Shown: piece by piece, positions 21,501-30,663 of the stretch | Numbering within the stretch: the stretch's first letter is position 1 | How the letters are laid out: every line of letters starts with the position of its first letter | Assembly: GCA_964561085.1 (NCBI GenBank) | Contig: CAZLNP010000001.1 | Location: 147,201 to 211,200, forward strand | Direction of reading: 5' to 3' | Length of the DNA: 64,000 bases | Source: an uncultured Candidatus Saccharibacteria bacterium | Lineage (GTDB): Bacteria; Patescibacteriota; Doudnabacteria; UBA920 | The notes under the pieces: generated by a model | Seen by the model: the letters and a program-made list of their open reading frames with translations, nothing else | What the model was told of the DNA's origin: nothing | Databases searched by the model: none | Translations under genes and position numbers: made by a program

Positions 21501-22016
21501 GTTAGGAACAATCTTTGCACCGAATAAGAATTTACCACGAGAAAATTCATTCGTGAAGAAAACACCCGGTGATTTAATCAACTGGGATACAACTACACGT
21601 TCAACACCATTAATAACAAAAGTTCCACGCGGGGTTAGCAATGGAAAATCACCAAAGTACACATCTTGTGTTTTGGTTTTGCCAGTAACTTTATTGATAA
21701 GTTTTGCAGTCACATACAAAGGAGCTTCGTATGTAGTATTGCGTTCACGAGAAGTGTTCTCGTCGTACTTTGGTTTATCGAAGAAGAAATCTCCAAAAGA
21801 TAGTTCCAAATTTTTACCTGTGAAATCCTTAATAGGATTAATTTCAGCAAGCAACTCTTTAAGACCTGTCTCAAAGAACCATTTGTAGGAATCAAGCTGG
21901 ATTTCTATCAGGTTCGGAACTGCAGCGATATCGTGCTGCTTAGTAAAAAACTTACGAGTGATCATAGTCTCGCCTGGTACGGCAACACTACCAATCGGCT
22001 TTGGCTTGTTTTGCAT
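18519..22016 (-). CDS. rpoB: RNA polymerase beta subunit
   Basis: GDKMAGRHGNKG, GGQRFGEMEVWALE, SQLSQFMDQTNPL. Confidence 0.99.
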   Translation of the reverse strand: MQNKPKPIGSVAVPGETMITRKFFTKQHDIAAVPNLIEIQLDSYKWFFETGLKELLAEINPIKDFTGKNLELSFGDFFFDKPKYDENTSRERNTTYEAPLYVTAKLINKVTGKTKTQDVYFGDFPLLTPRGTFVINGVERVVVSQLIKSPGVFFTNEFSRGKFLFGAKIVPNRGAWLELDTDNAGVIGVKIDRKRRIPITALLRVFGLETNEAILETFKDVDTNPELKFIATTLEKDASTNADEGFKEVYKRIRPGDLATVDNARSLISAMFFNFERYDLSEVGRYKFNQRLDEYVDQKQDSRMLTLEDLVSVVKEIIRLSNIQGPADDIDHLANRRIRAAGELIQTRYRVGLARMSRIAKDRMSLADLETVTPAQLIHVRPIVASMQEFFSSSQLSQFMDQTNPLAELEHKRRLSAMGPGGLSRERAGFEVRDVHRSHYGRLCPITTPEGPNIGLVAHLATYAKINDFGFIETPYRKIKRFAKNDGKDAIDETALFDIKDGESVVVAAGTKMTEADAKKLSKIQDLDQVRIVSHLTNKVEYMDAYEEEKLTIAPANLNISKEGFFEDERASVRVNGTPTIADTNEIDYIDVSPKQIISVTTSLIPFLEHDDANRALMGSNMQRQAVSCIVPRAPLVGTGMEAKAARDSGQVIINQEDGEVTSVVGDKITVKGDNGKTLEYPLLKFIRTNSGTSMNQINRVSKGQKVKAGDVLADGTSTEKGELALGQNVLVAFMSWEGGNYEDAILLSSRLVQQDYYTSVHIEDFKIDIRDTKLGPEVVTRDIPNVGEEKLKNLDEDGVVRIGAQVKAGDILVGKITPKGETDLTAEEKLLRVIFGEKSRDVKDTSLTLPHGEYGKVVNIREFSRDNGDKLQSGVIRSIQVSIAVLRKIQVGDKMAGRHGNKGIISRIVPAEDMPFMADGTPVDVILNPLGIVSRMNLGQVLETHLGFAAHKLGYHVATPVLDGMTETQIKEELKKAGVPENGKVALYDGKTGEAFDEPVMVGIKYFLKLHHLVDDKMHARSTGPYSLITQQPLGGKAQMGGQRFGEMEVWALEGYGAAHTLQEMLTIKSDDVVGRSKTYEAIVKGEPIKKPNVPESFRVLIKELQSLGLDVDLLGVNGSMSLQDAIPDADDSENQAGVAVVEAESGTSLFDEPDKKKKKSKKE

Positions 22017-22368
22017 GAATAATACACCCCCACATCGCGGTCGCTAAAAAGGCCCCGATGTGCTTATTAATGATATTTAGTTTTCCGGATCGCTCTAAAA
22101 GTTCTAATTACGTCTACGCGAAGACGCATTATAGATAAAGTGGTCTCTGACCTTAAGTAGATTTTTCTAGGCAGAGTGGCGATCAAAAGTAGCTTATTTA
22201 AAAGAGATTTTGTTTTTCACAAATCGCAAACGCACGGATCTAAAGCATTAAAAATTGGAAATCTGACAGTATTCGGGTGTTTCTAGAACAAAAAAGACCG
22301 CTTTTTCGCTAACGCAAAAAAGGGCATGTGATTTCGCCTTATTTTCCTATGTATTTGTGCACCTATTC

Positions 22369-22396
22369 ATTATATCTCAGAGCAAAAAGTTGTCAA
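22369..22396 (-). promoter_or_regulatory. rpoBC promoter, implying a ~345-nt leader
   Basis: TTGACA-16-TATAAT, just downstream of the upstream gene's terminator. Confidence 0.65.
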
Positions 22397-22426
22397 GTTT
22401 TTTTAATAAAAACTGAGAAAATAACA

Positions 22427-22456
22427 AAAACCTCGAGGAATAAACCTCGAGGTTTT
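22427..22456. terminator. Intrinsic terminator
   Basis: AAAACCTCGAGG...CCTCGAGGTTTT. Confidence 0.75.
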
Positions 22457-22483
22457 CAAAATATCTAATTCTTCTAGTAAATA

Positions 22484-24214
22484 CTAGTTATTCTTTTCAC
22501 AAATATTAACTACTACACCTTCATCTACGTAACCCATGGCTAGGACTTCGCCTTTTTCCTTGGTGCTAGTAGTTTCTAGGTAATCACTTTGTGGGTAGCC
22601 TTTATGCAAACGGAACCATGGAAGTGCTCCAGAAGCATTATTGCTGAATCCGTATCCTAAGATGCCTTCGTTTGCGTAGCCGTAGTTAGTTGCATCATTA
22701 GTTGTAGAATAATAGTGAGCTTTCACACCTGAATGGTAGCTACGGTAAATTTCAGTTGTACCCGCTACTTTCTCTTTGTAAACATATCCAGCTATTCCTT
22801 CGTAGACATAATCCCCTGGACGTTCATTGGCATTAGTTGTGAAGAAGTGATCTCCATCAGCTGCTTTCCAGAAACGGTATATTGGCATCAACTTGTCTTT
22901 GTTAGATGAACAATTACTTGCGCTACCACCGCCGCCGCCTGAACCACCGCCGCCGCCAGTTGTGCTACCGCCGGTTACTTTCCAAGTGAAATCTTTCTTA
23001 GCCAGATTTTTTTCACCTGTCTGAGGTCCACATTGAGCTGAGATAGACACTACATATGTTCCTGCTGCACTCGGTGTTGCTGTGAAAGTAGCTCTACCAG
23101 TACGATCAGATTGTATATTATCTAACCCAGTGATTTTAGCTCCTGACATACTTGGGGTAACTTTATCTAAGGTCCAAGTACATGTTGATGTTTCTGAGTT
23201 GATTGTTTGAAGATTGAATGAAGATTCTTGTCCAACTTTTCCTTCTGTGAAGGTACCGCTAATATCAAGTGTTGCAGGCAATGGAGGTTGTCTAGTTGGT
23301 TTTACTACCCAACTAAAATCTTTAGTTGTTGCAGCCTTGGCGTCTGAACCAGTTGTGGCACAAGACACACCGATTTTAACAGCGTAAGTACCAGATTCAG
23401 TTGGAGTGGCACTAAATAATGCTGAAGATTCTTGAGTAGCTGCAACATTATCTACACGAGTGACAGTTGCACCAGTGATTTTTGGATTAACATCTGTTAG
23501 TTCAAACGTACAGTTAGCACCATTTGCGTTTGTTGTTTGTAAATTAGTTGAATATGGTTGTCCGACTAAAGATTCAGAGAAATTTCCAGCAACACCTAGT
23601 CCTACTGCTGTAGCAGGAGAAACTTTCCAAACAAATGTTTTACTTGTTGTCTGGCCATTCTTACAAGTGACCTTAACAGTAACTTCATAGTCTCCAGCTT
23701 CCTTAGGAGTGGCTGTAAACTCTGCAGTGCTAACACTACTATCATTATTCACCTTAAGTGATGCGCCAGAGATTTCAGGTTTAACTCCTACTAAAGTCCA
23801 TTCACAAGGTAAAGCTGTTGAGCTACTTACTTGCAACTGTTTAGTATATAGAGCGCCAGCCTTACCTTCAGAAAAACTTCCAGAAATGGTTATTTTATCT
23901 GTTTCGTCAGAAGGCTGATCCCAAAGTCCTCCACAACCAGCGACATCTTCTCCTACTAAATCAACAGGACAGTTTGCTTGCTGATACATTGGGTTCAATT
24001 GCAACCCAAAGATAGAGATTTTTTGACCAGTGATCATTGCAGTTCCTGCAAGAACGATAATAATCGCCATCACAAGACCGGCAACAGACAATGTTCTGTT
24101 GGAATTTATCCAAGCCAAGAATTTTCCAGGCTTTTTTGAAGGGTCCTGTTGATTGTTAGGAACCTTCGGTGCACCAGAAGAATCTGGAGGCACAACGTAC
24201 TCAACTTCGTTCAT
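22484..24214 (-). CDS. Membrane-anchored surface protein: three Cys-paired Ig-like repeats, Gly linker, C-terminal DUF5648-like domain
   Basis: N-terminal TM; three G.F.E..VG..Y...L...C.W/F.L...F.ATP..G.Y.V...C repeats; PIYRFW...DHFFTT...YEGIAGY repeats. Confidence 0.8.
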   Translation of the reverse strand: MNEVEYVVPPDSSGAPKVPNNQQDPSKKPGKFLAWINSNRTLSVAGLVMAIIIVLAGTAMITGQKISIFGLQLNPMYQQANCPVDLVGEDVAGCGGLWDQPSDETDKITISGSFSEGKAGALYTKQLQVSSSTALPCEWTLVGVKPEISGASLKVNNDSSVSTAEFTATPKEAGDYEVTVKVTCKNGQTTSKTFVWKVSPATAVGLGVAGNFSESLVGQPYSTNLQTTNANGANCTFELTDVNPKITGATVTRVDNVAATQESSALFSATPTESGTYAVKIGVSCATTGSDAKAATTKDFSWVVKPTRQPPLPATLDISGTFTEGKVGQESSFNLQTINSETSTCTWTLDKVTPSMSGAKITGLDNIQSDRTGRATFTATPSAAGTYVVSISAQCGPQTGEKNLAKKDFTWKVTGGSTTGGGGGSGGGGGSASNCSSNKDKLMPIYRFWKAADGDHFFTTNANERPGDYVYEGIAGYVYKEKVAGTTEIYRSYHSGVKAHYYSTTNDATNYGYANEGILGYGFSNNASGALPWFRLHKGYPQSDYLETTSTKEKGEVLAMGYVDEGVVVNICEKNN

Positions 24215-24398
24215 TTGATTAGATATTTAATTGTTTTTTTGTTTTTATTTCGACTTAGAGCGAGATTTTTTCTCAATCTATAATCATTTTAGCATATTTT
24301 GATAAAAAAATCAAGTGGGGTGTAATTCTATTGGTTAATAAAGCTCTGTAATTTGCTATATCCCCTATTTACAAGGGAAATATGTTACAATAAAGCAT

Positions 24399-24974
24399 AT
24401 GATAGCGTATTTACAAGGCAAGATTTTACAAAAAACCACACAATATATAGTGCTTTTAACAGGTGGCGATGAAGGCAAATTGGGATATAAGGTGTTCACG
24501 ACCCCGGAAGTGCTTGAACTACCAATTGGCGGCCAAACTGAGCTCTATATATACCATAAAAGCACCGATGAAGGGCAAATTCTGTTTGGGATGCCCGATT
24601 TTGATGGTCTTCAGTTCTTCGAAATGCTAATTTCCGTCACTGGAGTGGGTCCAAAAATGGCTTTAACCATCATTTCTGCAGCAAAAATAGACCTTTTGCA
24701 GCAAGCCATCATGAATGCGGACACAGAAATCTTCACCAGAATGTCTGGAGTAGGTAAAAAAACCGCGGAACGCATCATTCTTGAACTGAAAAGCAAAATT
24801 ACTAGCGGTGGATTGCTCGAAGGAAGCAATGTTTCAGGTAGTGATGTCTACGATGCATTGTCTGGCTTAGGATATAACCCAAGAGAGATTCGCGAAACTT
24901 TACCTCAACTTGATGCCACAGCTGATACATCAACTCAGCTAAAACAGGCCTTGAAATTATTAAGTCGCTCATAG
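24399..24974 (+). CDS. ruvA: Holliday junction branch migration protein RuvA
   Basis: MIAYLQG start, VTGVGPKMAL and GVGKKTAERIILELK HhH motifs. Confidence 0.97.
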   Translation: MIAYLQGKILQKTTQYIVLLTGGDEGKLGYKVFTTPEVLELPIGGQTELYIYHKSTDEGQILFGMPDFDGLQFFEMLISVTGVGPKMALTIISAAKIDLLQQAIMNADTEIFTRMSGVGKKTAERIILELKSKITSGGLLEGSNVSGSDVYDALSGLGYNPREIRETLPQLDATADTSTQLKQALKLLSRS

Positions 24975-24984
24975 CCAAGTTTTC

Positions 24985-25959
24985 ATGCGAATAATTCAAC
25001 TAACAGAAGAGTACAAAGAGTCATATGAAAAATTTGTGGCCGCCCACGAAAGCGGCTCTTTTTTGCAAAGTTGGAGTTGGGGTGAGTTTCAGAGAACACA
25101 AGGAAAAACTCCAGTTCGTTATGGAATTTTTTCTGAGCAAAATGAAATAGTTGGAACAGTTCAATTTTTAGAAACCAAGGTCCCTAAGTTGTCTGGAAAA
25201 TATCTGTACGCACCATATGGACCATTAGTTCCTGAAGAATATTCACGGGAATTAATTCAAAAAGTTAAAGATGACTTTGCCAGCGCTTGGTTCATTAGAG
25301 TAGAGCCAAAAGATGAGTTGCCTATTGATGGCAAACCAACTTTGCACATTCAACCTGGATCTACTTTAATTACCGACTTAACTCAGACAGATGAAGAGTT
25401 GCTCGCTGGGATGCATCAGAAAACCAGATACAACATTAAGGTTGCTAATAAGCATGGTGTAACTATTGAATCTGGAACTGAACAAAATGACGAAGCAATT
25501 AATTTGCTAACTAAGACTAGTGAGCGTCAGAGTTATAAATCTTATTCTACTAACTACTACAATGATCTTTTAAAGTTTTTTAGATCTGCAAAAGAAAACG
25601 ATTGTATTGTACACTTATATCAAGCGAGTTTTAATGGCTCGCCAATTGCTTCATCGATTACTATTGACCACGGAACTACACGCACATATTTATTCGGTGG
25701 TAGCGATAACAGCAAAAGAAATTTAATGGCCCCATATGCTTTGCATTGGCAATCAATGCATGACGCAAAAAATAAAGGCTTAACTAAATATGATTGGTGG
25801 GGAACCGAAACAGCCACTGGTGCAGTACCTGGGTTCGTGCAATTTAAAATGCGCTGGGGTGGTAGTCAAAAGTTTTACGCCGGTGCACGAGATATTGTTT
25901 TGAACGCTAATTGGTACCGAGCTTATAACGCTCTCAGAAAAATAAATAGATTATTTTAA
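24985..25959 (+). CDS. FemAB/FemX (MurM) family aminoacyl-tRNA-dependent peptidoglycan peptidyltransferase
   Basis: FLQSWSWGEF, Y.P.GP, M.QKTRYNI..A.K.GV, YDWWG, FK.RWGG. Confidence 0.92.
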   Translation: MRIIQLTEEYKESYEKFVAAHESGSFLQSWSWGEFQRTQGKTPVRYGIFSEQNEIVGTVQFLETKVPKLSGKYLYAPYGPLVPEEYSRELIQKVKDDFASAWFIRVEPKDELPIDGKPTLHIQPGSTLITDLTQTDEELLAGMHQKTRYNIKVANKHGVTIESGTEQNDEAINLLTKTSERQSYKSYSTNYYNDLLKFFRSAKENDCIVHLYQASFNGSPIASSITIDHGTTRTYLFGGSDNSKRNLMAPYALHWQSMHDAKNKGLTKYDWWGTETATGAVPGFVQFKMRWGGSQKFYAGARDIVLNANWYRAYNALRKINRLF

Positions 25960-25960
25960 T

Positions 25961-27274
25961 ATGTTTTTAACTATAAAAAAAATTATTAGGGCTATTACCC
26001 CTAAACCGATTCTACGCCTAACACAACCCATCTATCATGGATTAGTTGCGCGCATTGCTTCTATGTATTTTGGCAGTCCCAGCAAAAAACTTTTTGTTAT
26101 TGGAGTAACAGGAACTGCTGGAAAATCTACTACTGTAATGATGGCTGCTCAAATTCTAAATTACTCAGGCAAAAAAACTGGATATATTACTACCACAGGA
26201 TCATTCGATGGCAGTAACACAAAAATGAATACTCACGGGATGTCTATGCCTGGTGGTTGGATGCTCCAGAAACAACTAGCAGAAATGGTTTCTAAGAAAT
26301 GTGAATTTGCAATTGTTGAATGCACATCAGAAGGACTTGCTCAGAACCGTCATTTAGGTATTAAGTTTCAGACTGCTTTGTTTACGAACCTATCCCCTGC
26401 TCACATAGATAGCCATGGTAGTTTCGAAAAATACAGAGCTGCAAAAGGGCTGCTATTCAGTGCTTTGAGCAATACTGATAAAAGTTTAATTGGAGTTAAT
26501 CTAGATGACCCAAATAAAAATTACTTCTTAGGATTCCCTGCTGCAATTAAGTTCGGAGTTAGCATGCGCGCCGATACTCCAAAGCCAGACAACGTCGCTT
26601 CATTTCTAGCAGAAAGTGTGCAAGTTAGCGATCATATTTCATTTAAAGTGCAGGGCGTGGAATTCAAGCTACGCATGTTTGGAACCTTTAATGTAACTAA
26701 CGCCTTACTGGCCGTAGCAACTACTAAGATGTTAGGGATTTCCCTGGAATCATCTGCGGAGGCATTAGCAAACATTGGAACAGTTCCTGGACGCATGGAA
26801 ACTATTAAATCGCCAAACGGTGTAACTGTTATTGTTGATTACGCACCTGAGCCAGTAGCGATGGAGTCATCACTTAAAGCAGTTAGTCTTTTACCACATA
26901 ATAAAATTATCCACGTGTTTGGCTCTACTGGTGGTCATAGAGATGTTTCCAAAAGATTTACGTTTGGAAAAATATCTGCTGAGTTTTCTGACACTATTAT
27001 TATCACCAATGATGATGTTTACGATTCAGATCCAAGAGAAATCGCTTCGAATGTACGGGAAGGAATAGATAGTTCTGAGAACAAAAAAGTTTCTGTTATA
27101 GAAACAGTTTTAAACCGCAAAGACGCCATTGCACGCGCGTTGGAAATTGCTACTCCTCAGGACATTGTACTAATTACCGGTAAAGGTTCTGAACAATTTT
27201 TAGTTCTTCCTAACAACGAGCGCATCGCTTGGGATGACAGAACAGTAGTTAAAGAATTGTTAAAAATTAGTTAG
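25961..27274 (+). CDS. murE: Mur ligase, MurE-like (third residue of the stem peptide)
   Basis: GVTGTAGKST, ECTSEG, TNLSPAHID.H, VPGRME, VDYA, LITGKGSE. Confidence 0.85.
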   Translation: MFLTIKKIIRAITPKPILRLTQPIYHGLVARIASMYFGSPSKKLFVIGVTGTAGKSTTVMMAAQILNYSGKKTGYITTTGSFDGSNTKMNTHGMSMPGGWMLQKQLAEMVSKKCEFAIVECTSEGLAQNRHLGIKFQTALFTNLSPAHIDSHGSFEKYRAAKGLLFSALSNTDKSLIGVNLDDPNKNYFLGFPAAIKFGVSMRADTPKPDNVASFLAESVQVSDHISFKVQGVEFKLRMFGTFNVTNALLAVATTKMLGISLESSAEALANIGTVPGRMETIKSPNGVTVIVDYAPEPVAMESSLKAVSLLPHNKIIHVFGSTGGHRDVSKRFTFGKISAEFSDTIIITNDDVYDSDPREIASNVREGIDSSENKKVSVIETVLNRKDAIARALEIATPQDIVLITGKGSEQFLVLPNNERIAWDDRTVVKELLKIS

Positions 27275-27283
27275 TTACATTTT

Positions 27284-27670
27284 ATGATTTTGTTTATTGA
27301 TACAAGTGAATTCAGCGCCCTTACTTTCGCGATCATTAATGGTGCGACTGTTAAGATTAGTTCTTCTGAGGTTGCATTCAATGAGAACTATAAAACCAAT
27401 TTGCTCCTTGAAAAGTTTTTGAAGCATCAAAAAGTTGATATGCGCGAATTGAAAAAAATAATTGTTTGTAGTGGTCCTGGTTCATTCACAGGAATAAGGG
27501 TTGGGGTTTCCCTAGCTCAGGCTCTGGGGTTTGCTTTGAACATACCAGTTATTGCAATTCCTAAATCTAAAATCCCAGAGGATGTTCGTAAACTGAATAG
27601 CGTGAAAGGTGGTAAAAGTTTGGTAGTAAACTATGGGCAGAAGCCGAACATCACCAAGGCTAAGAAATAA
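27284..27670 (+). CDS. tsaB: t6A biosynthesis protein TsaB, short form
   Basis: ILFIDTS and GPGSFTGIRVG motifs. Confidence 0.9.
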   Translation: MILFIDTSEFSALTFAIINGATVKISSSEVAFNENYKTNLLLEKFLKHQKVDMRELKKIIVCSGPGSFTGIRVGVSLAQALGFALNIPVIAIPKSKIPEDVRKLNSVKGGKSLVVNYGQKPNITKAKK

Positions 27671-27792
27671 GGTTAAAATTTTAGGTATTATAAAAACGTG
27701 CTTTCCGAAGATCGCACGTTTTTCTTTAAACGAATTTGTGGCACCATTAGACATGTTGCTGGTCAATGAAACACCAAATATCGTTCAAAGAT

Positions 27793-28035
27793 CTAAGCTT
27801 TGAGTCGCTTTTCCGCCCGAGCGATTATATCTTCGAGCGGCTCGCGGGCAGCCGTATGCTCGTCATCGGAAAACCCGAGAAGATTAAAGCTCGGAGCTCT
27901 TGTCTCTGCTTTGAGTAACCACGCGGGCATATTCACTCCGACAAAAATGCTTGCAAACACGCTTAAGACATATATCGTCTCCCTAACAGCCTTTGTCAAA
28001 ATTCCCATAACGCTATCAAACCTCCATTTAAACAT
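27793..28035 (-). CDS. Small hypothetical membrane protein
   Basis: ATG start, one hydrophobic segment, TTGACA/TATAAT-like promoter upstream, hairpin downstream. Confidence 0.5.
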   Translation of the reverse strand: MFKWRFDSVMGILTKAVRETIYVLSVFASIFVGVNMPAWLLKAETRAPSFNLLGFSDDEHTAAREPLEDIIARAEKRLKA

Positions 28036-28141
28036 TGCCTAGTACCCAATAACTAAAACACGATATCAGGATTATAAAGAAAAAGTATGGTTTTGTCAAC
28101 CATGCTTTTATACTGTGAATATATAAGGAATTGCTCTTGGA

Positions 28142-28897
28142 TTACTCTTTTAGGCGGAATTTCCACAGGGTGAAACCAAGGATAACCACGAACCAAATAG
28201 CCAAAACCCCAGCATCGGTCCAAAACAATTTTGGAATATTTTTGTTTAAGAACACTAATCTAATGCCATCGGCTAAATAAGTAATTGGCAGCACTTCCCC
28301 AACGTACTGCAGAACTTTTGGCAAGCTATCGATCGGGAAGAAAATATTTCCTAAAAAAGTTAGGGGCAAGCCAACAGCGCTAGTAATTGGAGCTGCGGCT
28401 TCGTATGTATCGGCAAACATGGAAATCAGTAATCCTACTAACAAGAAAATGCCCGCTCCCAAGACTATTAACAATAACGCAGCGAGTACATTTACACCGA
28501 TTGAAACATTAAAGAAAATTACGCCGACTAAAGTTAAGAATACAGCCTGCCCAATTGCAATTAAAATTCTACTTGCCAATACACTGACTATCAGCTCACC
28601 TTGTTTTAGTGGTGTGACAAGGAAGCGTTTAATTACTCCTCGAGATTTTAGATCGATCATCCAATATGCTAAACCGTAAATACCGCCCTGCATAATTGTC
28701 ATAGCAATAATTCCCGGCAGTACATATTGCGAATAGTTAAACCCGTTACTACTTCCACCGAACACTGCCCCGATAGGAAGAACTGAGAGGGCAACGTAAA
28801 TTATACTCGGCATCACGAGAGTAAAAAACAATCCAGTATAGTTTCGATAAACCAATCGCAGGTTCATCAGAAATAATTGGTAAAAACTTGATGTCAT
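28142..28897 (-). CDS. ABC-2 type exporter permease
   Basis: Six TM; VLPGIIAM, RFLVTPL, FFP...LP..LQ...LP.TY. Confidence 0.92.
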   Translation of the reverse strand: MTSSFYQLFLMNLRLVYRNYTGLFFTLVMPSIIYVALSVLPIGAVFGGSSNGFNYSQYVLPGIIAMTIMQGGIYGLAYWMIDLKSRGVIKRFLVTPLKQGELIVSVLASRILIAIGQAVFLTLVGVIFFNVSIGVNVLAALLLIVLGAGIFLLVGLLISMFADTYEAAAPITSAVGLPLTFLGNIFFPIDSLPKVLQYVGEVLPITYLADGIRLVFLNKNIPKLFWTDAGVLAIWFVVILGFTLWKFRLKE

Positions 28898-28907
28898 AAT
28901 TTTATAA

Positions 28908-29855
28908 TTATTCTTGGAATTCTTTGCCTGTTAAATCTAAGTACACATCTTCTAAGGTAGCAGTCTTAACAGTGAACGAACTAAAGCTAATCTTCTTTTC
29001 TGTTAAACGACGGACTATGTCGCCGATTACCTCAAGATTATTTATTTCAACAATCATCTTTGGGGTAGTGCTGTACATTTTTTCAACGCCATTAATCCCT
29101 TCAAAAATATTTTCACTAATTTCATCGTCTGTTAGAAAAGAAACTTGAGTGGTGTGAGATAGATCTTCAATTAACTTCTTCGGATCGTTAATAGCTAAAA
29201 TTTCTCCAGAGTCCATAATTGCAACACGATTACACAAATACTCTGCTTCTTCCATGTAATGAGTAGTTAAAACAACAGTGATCCCGCGCTCGTGAATTTT
29301 GCGCACTAGTTCCCACACATCGCGGCGCGCGCGTGGGTCTAGTCCTGTAGTTGGTTCATCTAAGAAAAGAACTTCTGGGTCATTAACTAAGCTTGAAGCT
29401 AAAGTAAAGCGTTGTTTTTGTCCGCCAGACAAATCTTTTACTAAAGCGTTTTTCCTATCTACTAAATTAACAAAGCCGAGTAGCTCATCAACGTTCGCAG
29501 GTCTTTTATATAGTGAAGCGAAAAGTTCTAGAAGTTCGCCCAGAGACATGAGGTTCATGTATTCACTGGATTGAAGCTGAACACCGATGCGCTTTTTAAT
29601 TTCATCAGCACTAGTTTTGTTGTCTAACCCAAGCACTGCAACGCTTCCTGAAGTTTGAGATTTTAATCCTTCGATAATTTCTAAAGTTGTGGTCTTGCCC
29701 GCCCCGTTAGGTCCAAGGATTCCAAAGATCTCGCCTTTTTGGACAGAGAATGATGTACCTTTAACAGCATCGAAGGTGGTCTGGCCGTCTTTACGATCAC
29801 CTCTAGGTAGCTGATAGGTTTTCTTTAAATTTGTAATTTCTATTACGTTTGACAT
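28908..29855 (-). CDS. ABC exporter ATP-binding protein (DrrA-like)
   Basis: GPNGAGKTT, LSGGQ, LDEPTTGLD, TTHYMEEAE. Confidence 0.96.
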   Translation of the reverse strand: MSNVIEITNLKKTYQLPRGDRKDGQTTFDAVKGTSFSVQKGEIFGILGPNGAGKTTTLEIIEGLKSQTSGSVAVLGLDNKTSADEIKKRIGVQLQSSEYMNLMSLGELLELFASLYKRPANVDELLGFVNLVDRKNALVKDLSGGQKQRFTLASSLVNDPEVLFLDEPTTGLDPRARRDVWELVRKIHERGITVVLTTHYMEEAEYLCNRVAIMDSGEILAINDPKKLIEDLSHTTQVSFLTDDEISENIFEGINGVEKMYSTTPKMIVEINNLEVIGDIVRRLTEKKISFSSFTVKTATLEDVYLDLTGKEFQE

Positions 29856-29938
29856 AGGTGGATTATAGCAATTATAAGGGTATAAAAAAAGAGTCGAACC
29901 GAAGTCCGACCCGTACTAAAAAATCAACTAGTCCTGAA

Positions 29939-30520
29939 TCAAAGATGAACTGGCTCCTTGATGGGCTTCATCTTGTCATTTATTTCAACCTGCTTTATAA
30001 CTTCTTCGCGTGCATGACTGCACATGATAGGCATCATGATGATGGCGAAAAGTAGCAGCACACAATTCCCAATAACTATATATGTAACCGGAAACCAGTG
30101 CCTCCACTTGTCCACGATCAAAATGTTAGCACATACAAACAAGAACAAACCAGGAAAGAGCGCGAAAAAGTCAGGAACGACATTAAGCCATTTCTTCCTA
30201 TAAAGAAACCGTAGATTTTCGTGCCAATCACCGGTTTGATAGAGCTCTTCGCCCAAAGTGTGAATTGAGACATCCGCTTTAGTAAGCGGTCCGCCTATAA
30301 GACCAATTATTAGCATAACGGAGAATTCTGCAGCGATTACCGACAACCACCACACATTACTCCATACACTAATGAATCCGGCGACCAGTAGTGACACGGC
30401 CGAAGCAAGAACTACCACAATAGATACTAACCATTGAATGATTGTAAAATTATGAATTTGGCTCTTTGCCAAATCCTTGTTGAAATTGCCTCTAGGTGAG
30501 ACATACTTTTTATCCTTCAT
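29939..30520 (-). CDS. Hypothetical 4-TM membrane protein
   Basis: Four hydrophobic helices; probable start MKDKK at 30520 after GGGGAAAGG. Confidence 0.65.
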   Translation of the reverse strand: MKDKKYVSPRGNFNKDLAKSQIHNFTIIQWLVSIVVVLASAVSLLVAGFISVWSNVWWLSVIAAEFSVMLIIGLIGGPLTKADVSIHTLGEELYQTGDWHENLRFLYRKKWLNVVPDFFALFPGLFLFVCANILIVDKWRHWFPVTYIVIGNCVLLLFAIIMMPIMCSHAREEVIKQVEINDKMKPIKEPVHL

Positions 30521-30663
30521 ACCTTTCCCCCGTAAAAATGTCTGAAATATAACAACGTCTGCCCCATGCAAGACTCACTACTATATAATATCTTATTGAT
30601 ATAGTCAATATATTCAACTATAATGAAATTTGATAGCCGAGTAGTCACTATATATAGACACTT

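Noticed and set aside
14607-22016. Inteins or introns in rpoB/rpoC (also polA, gyrA)
   Set aside because: Lengths are ordinary and no intein splice-junction or homing-endonuclease motifs were seen.
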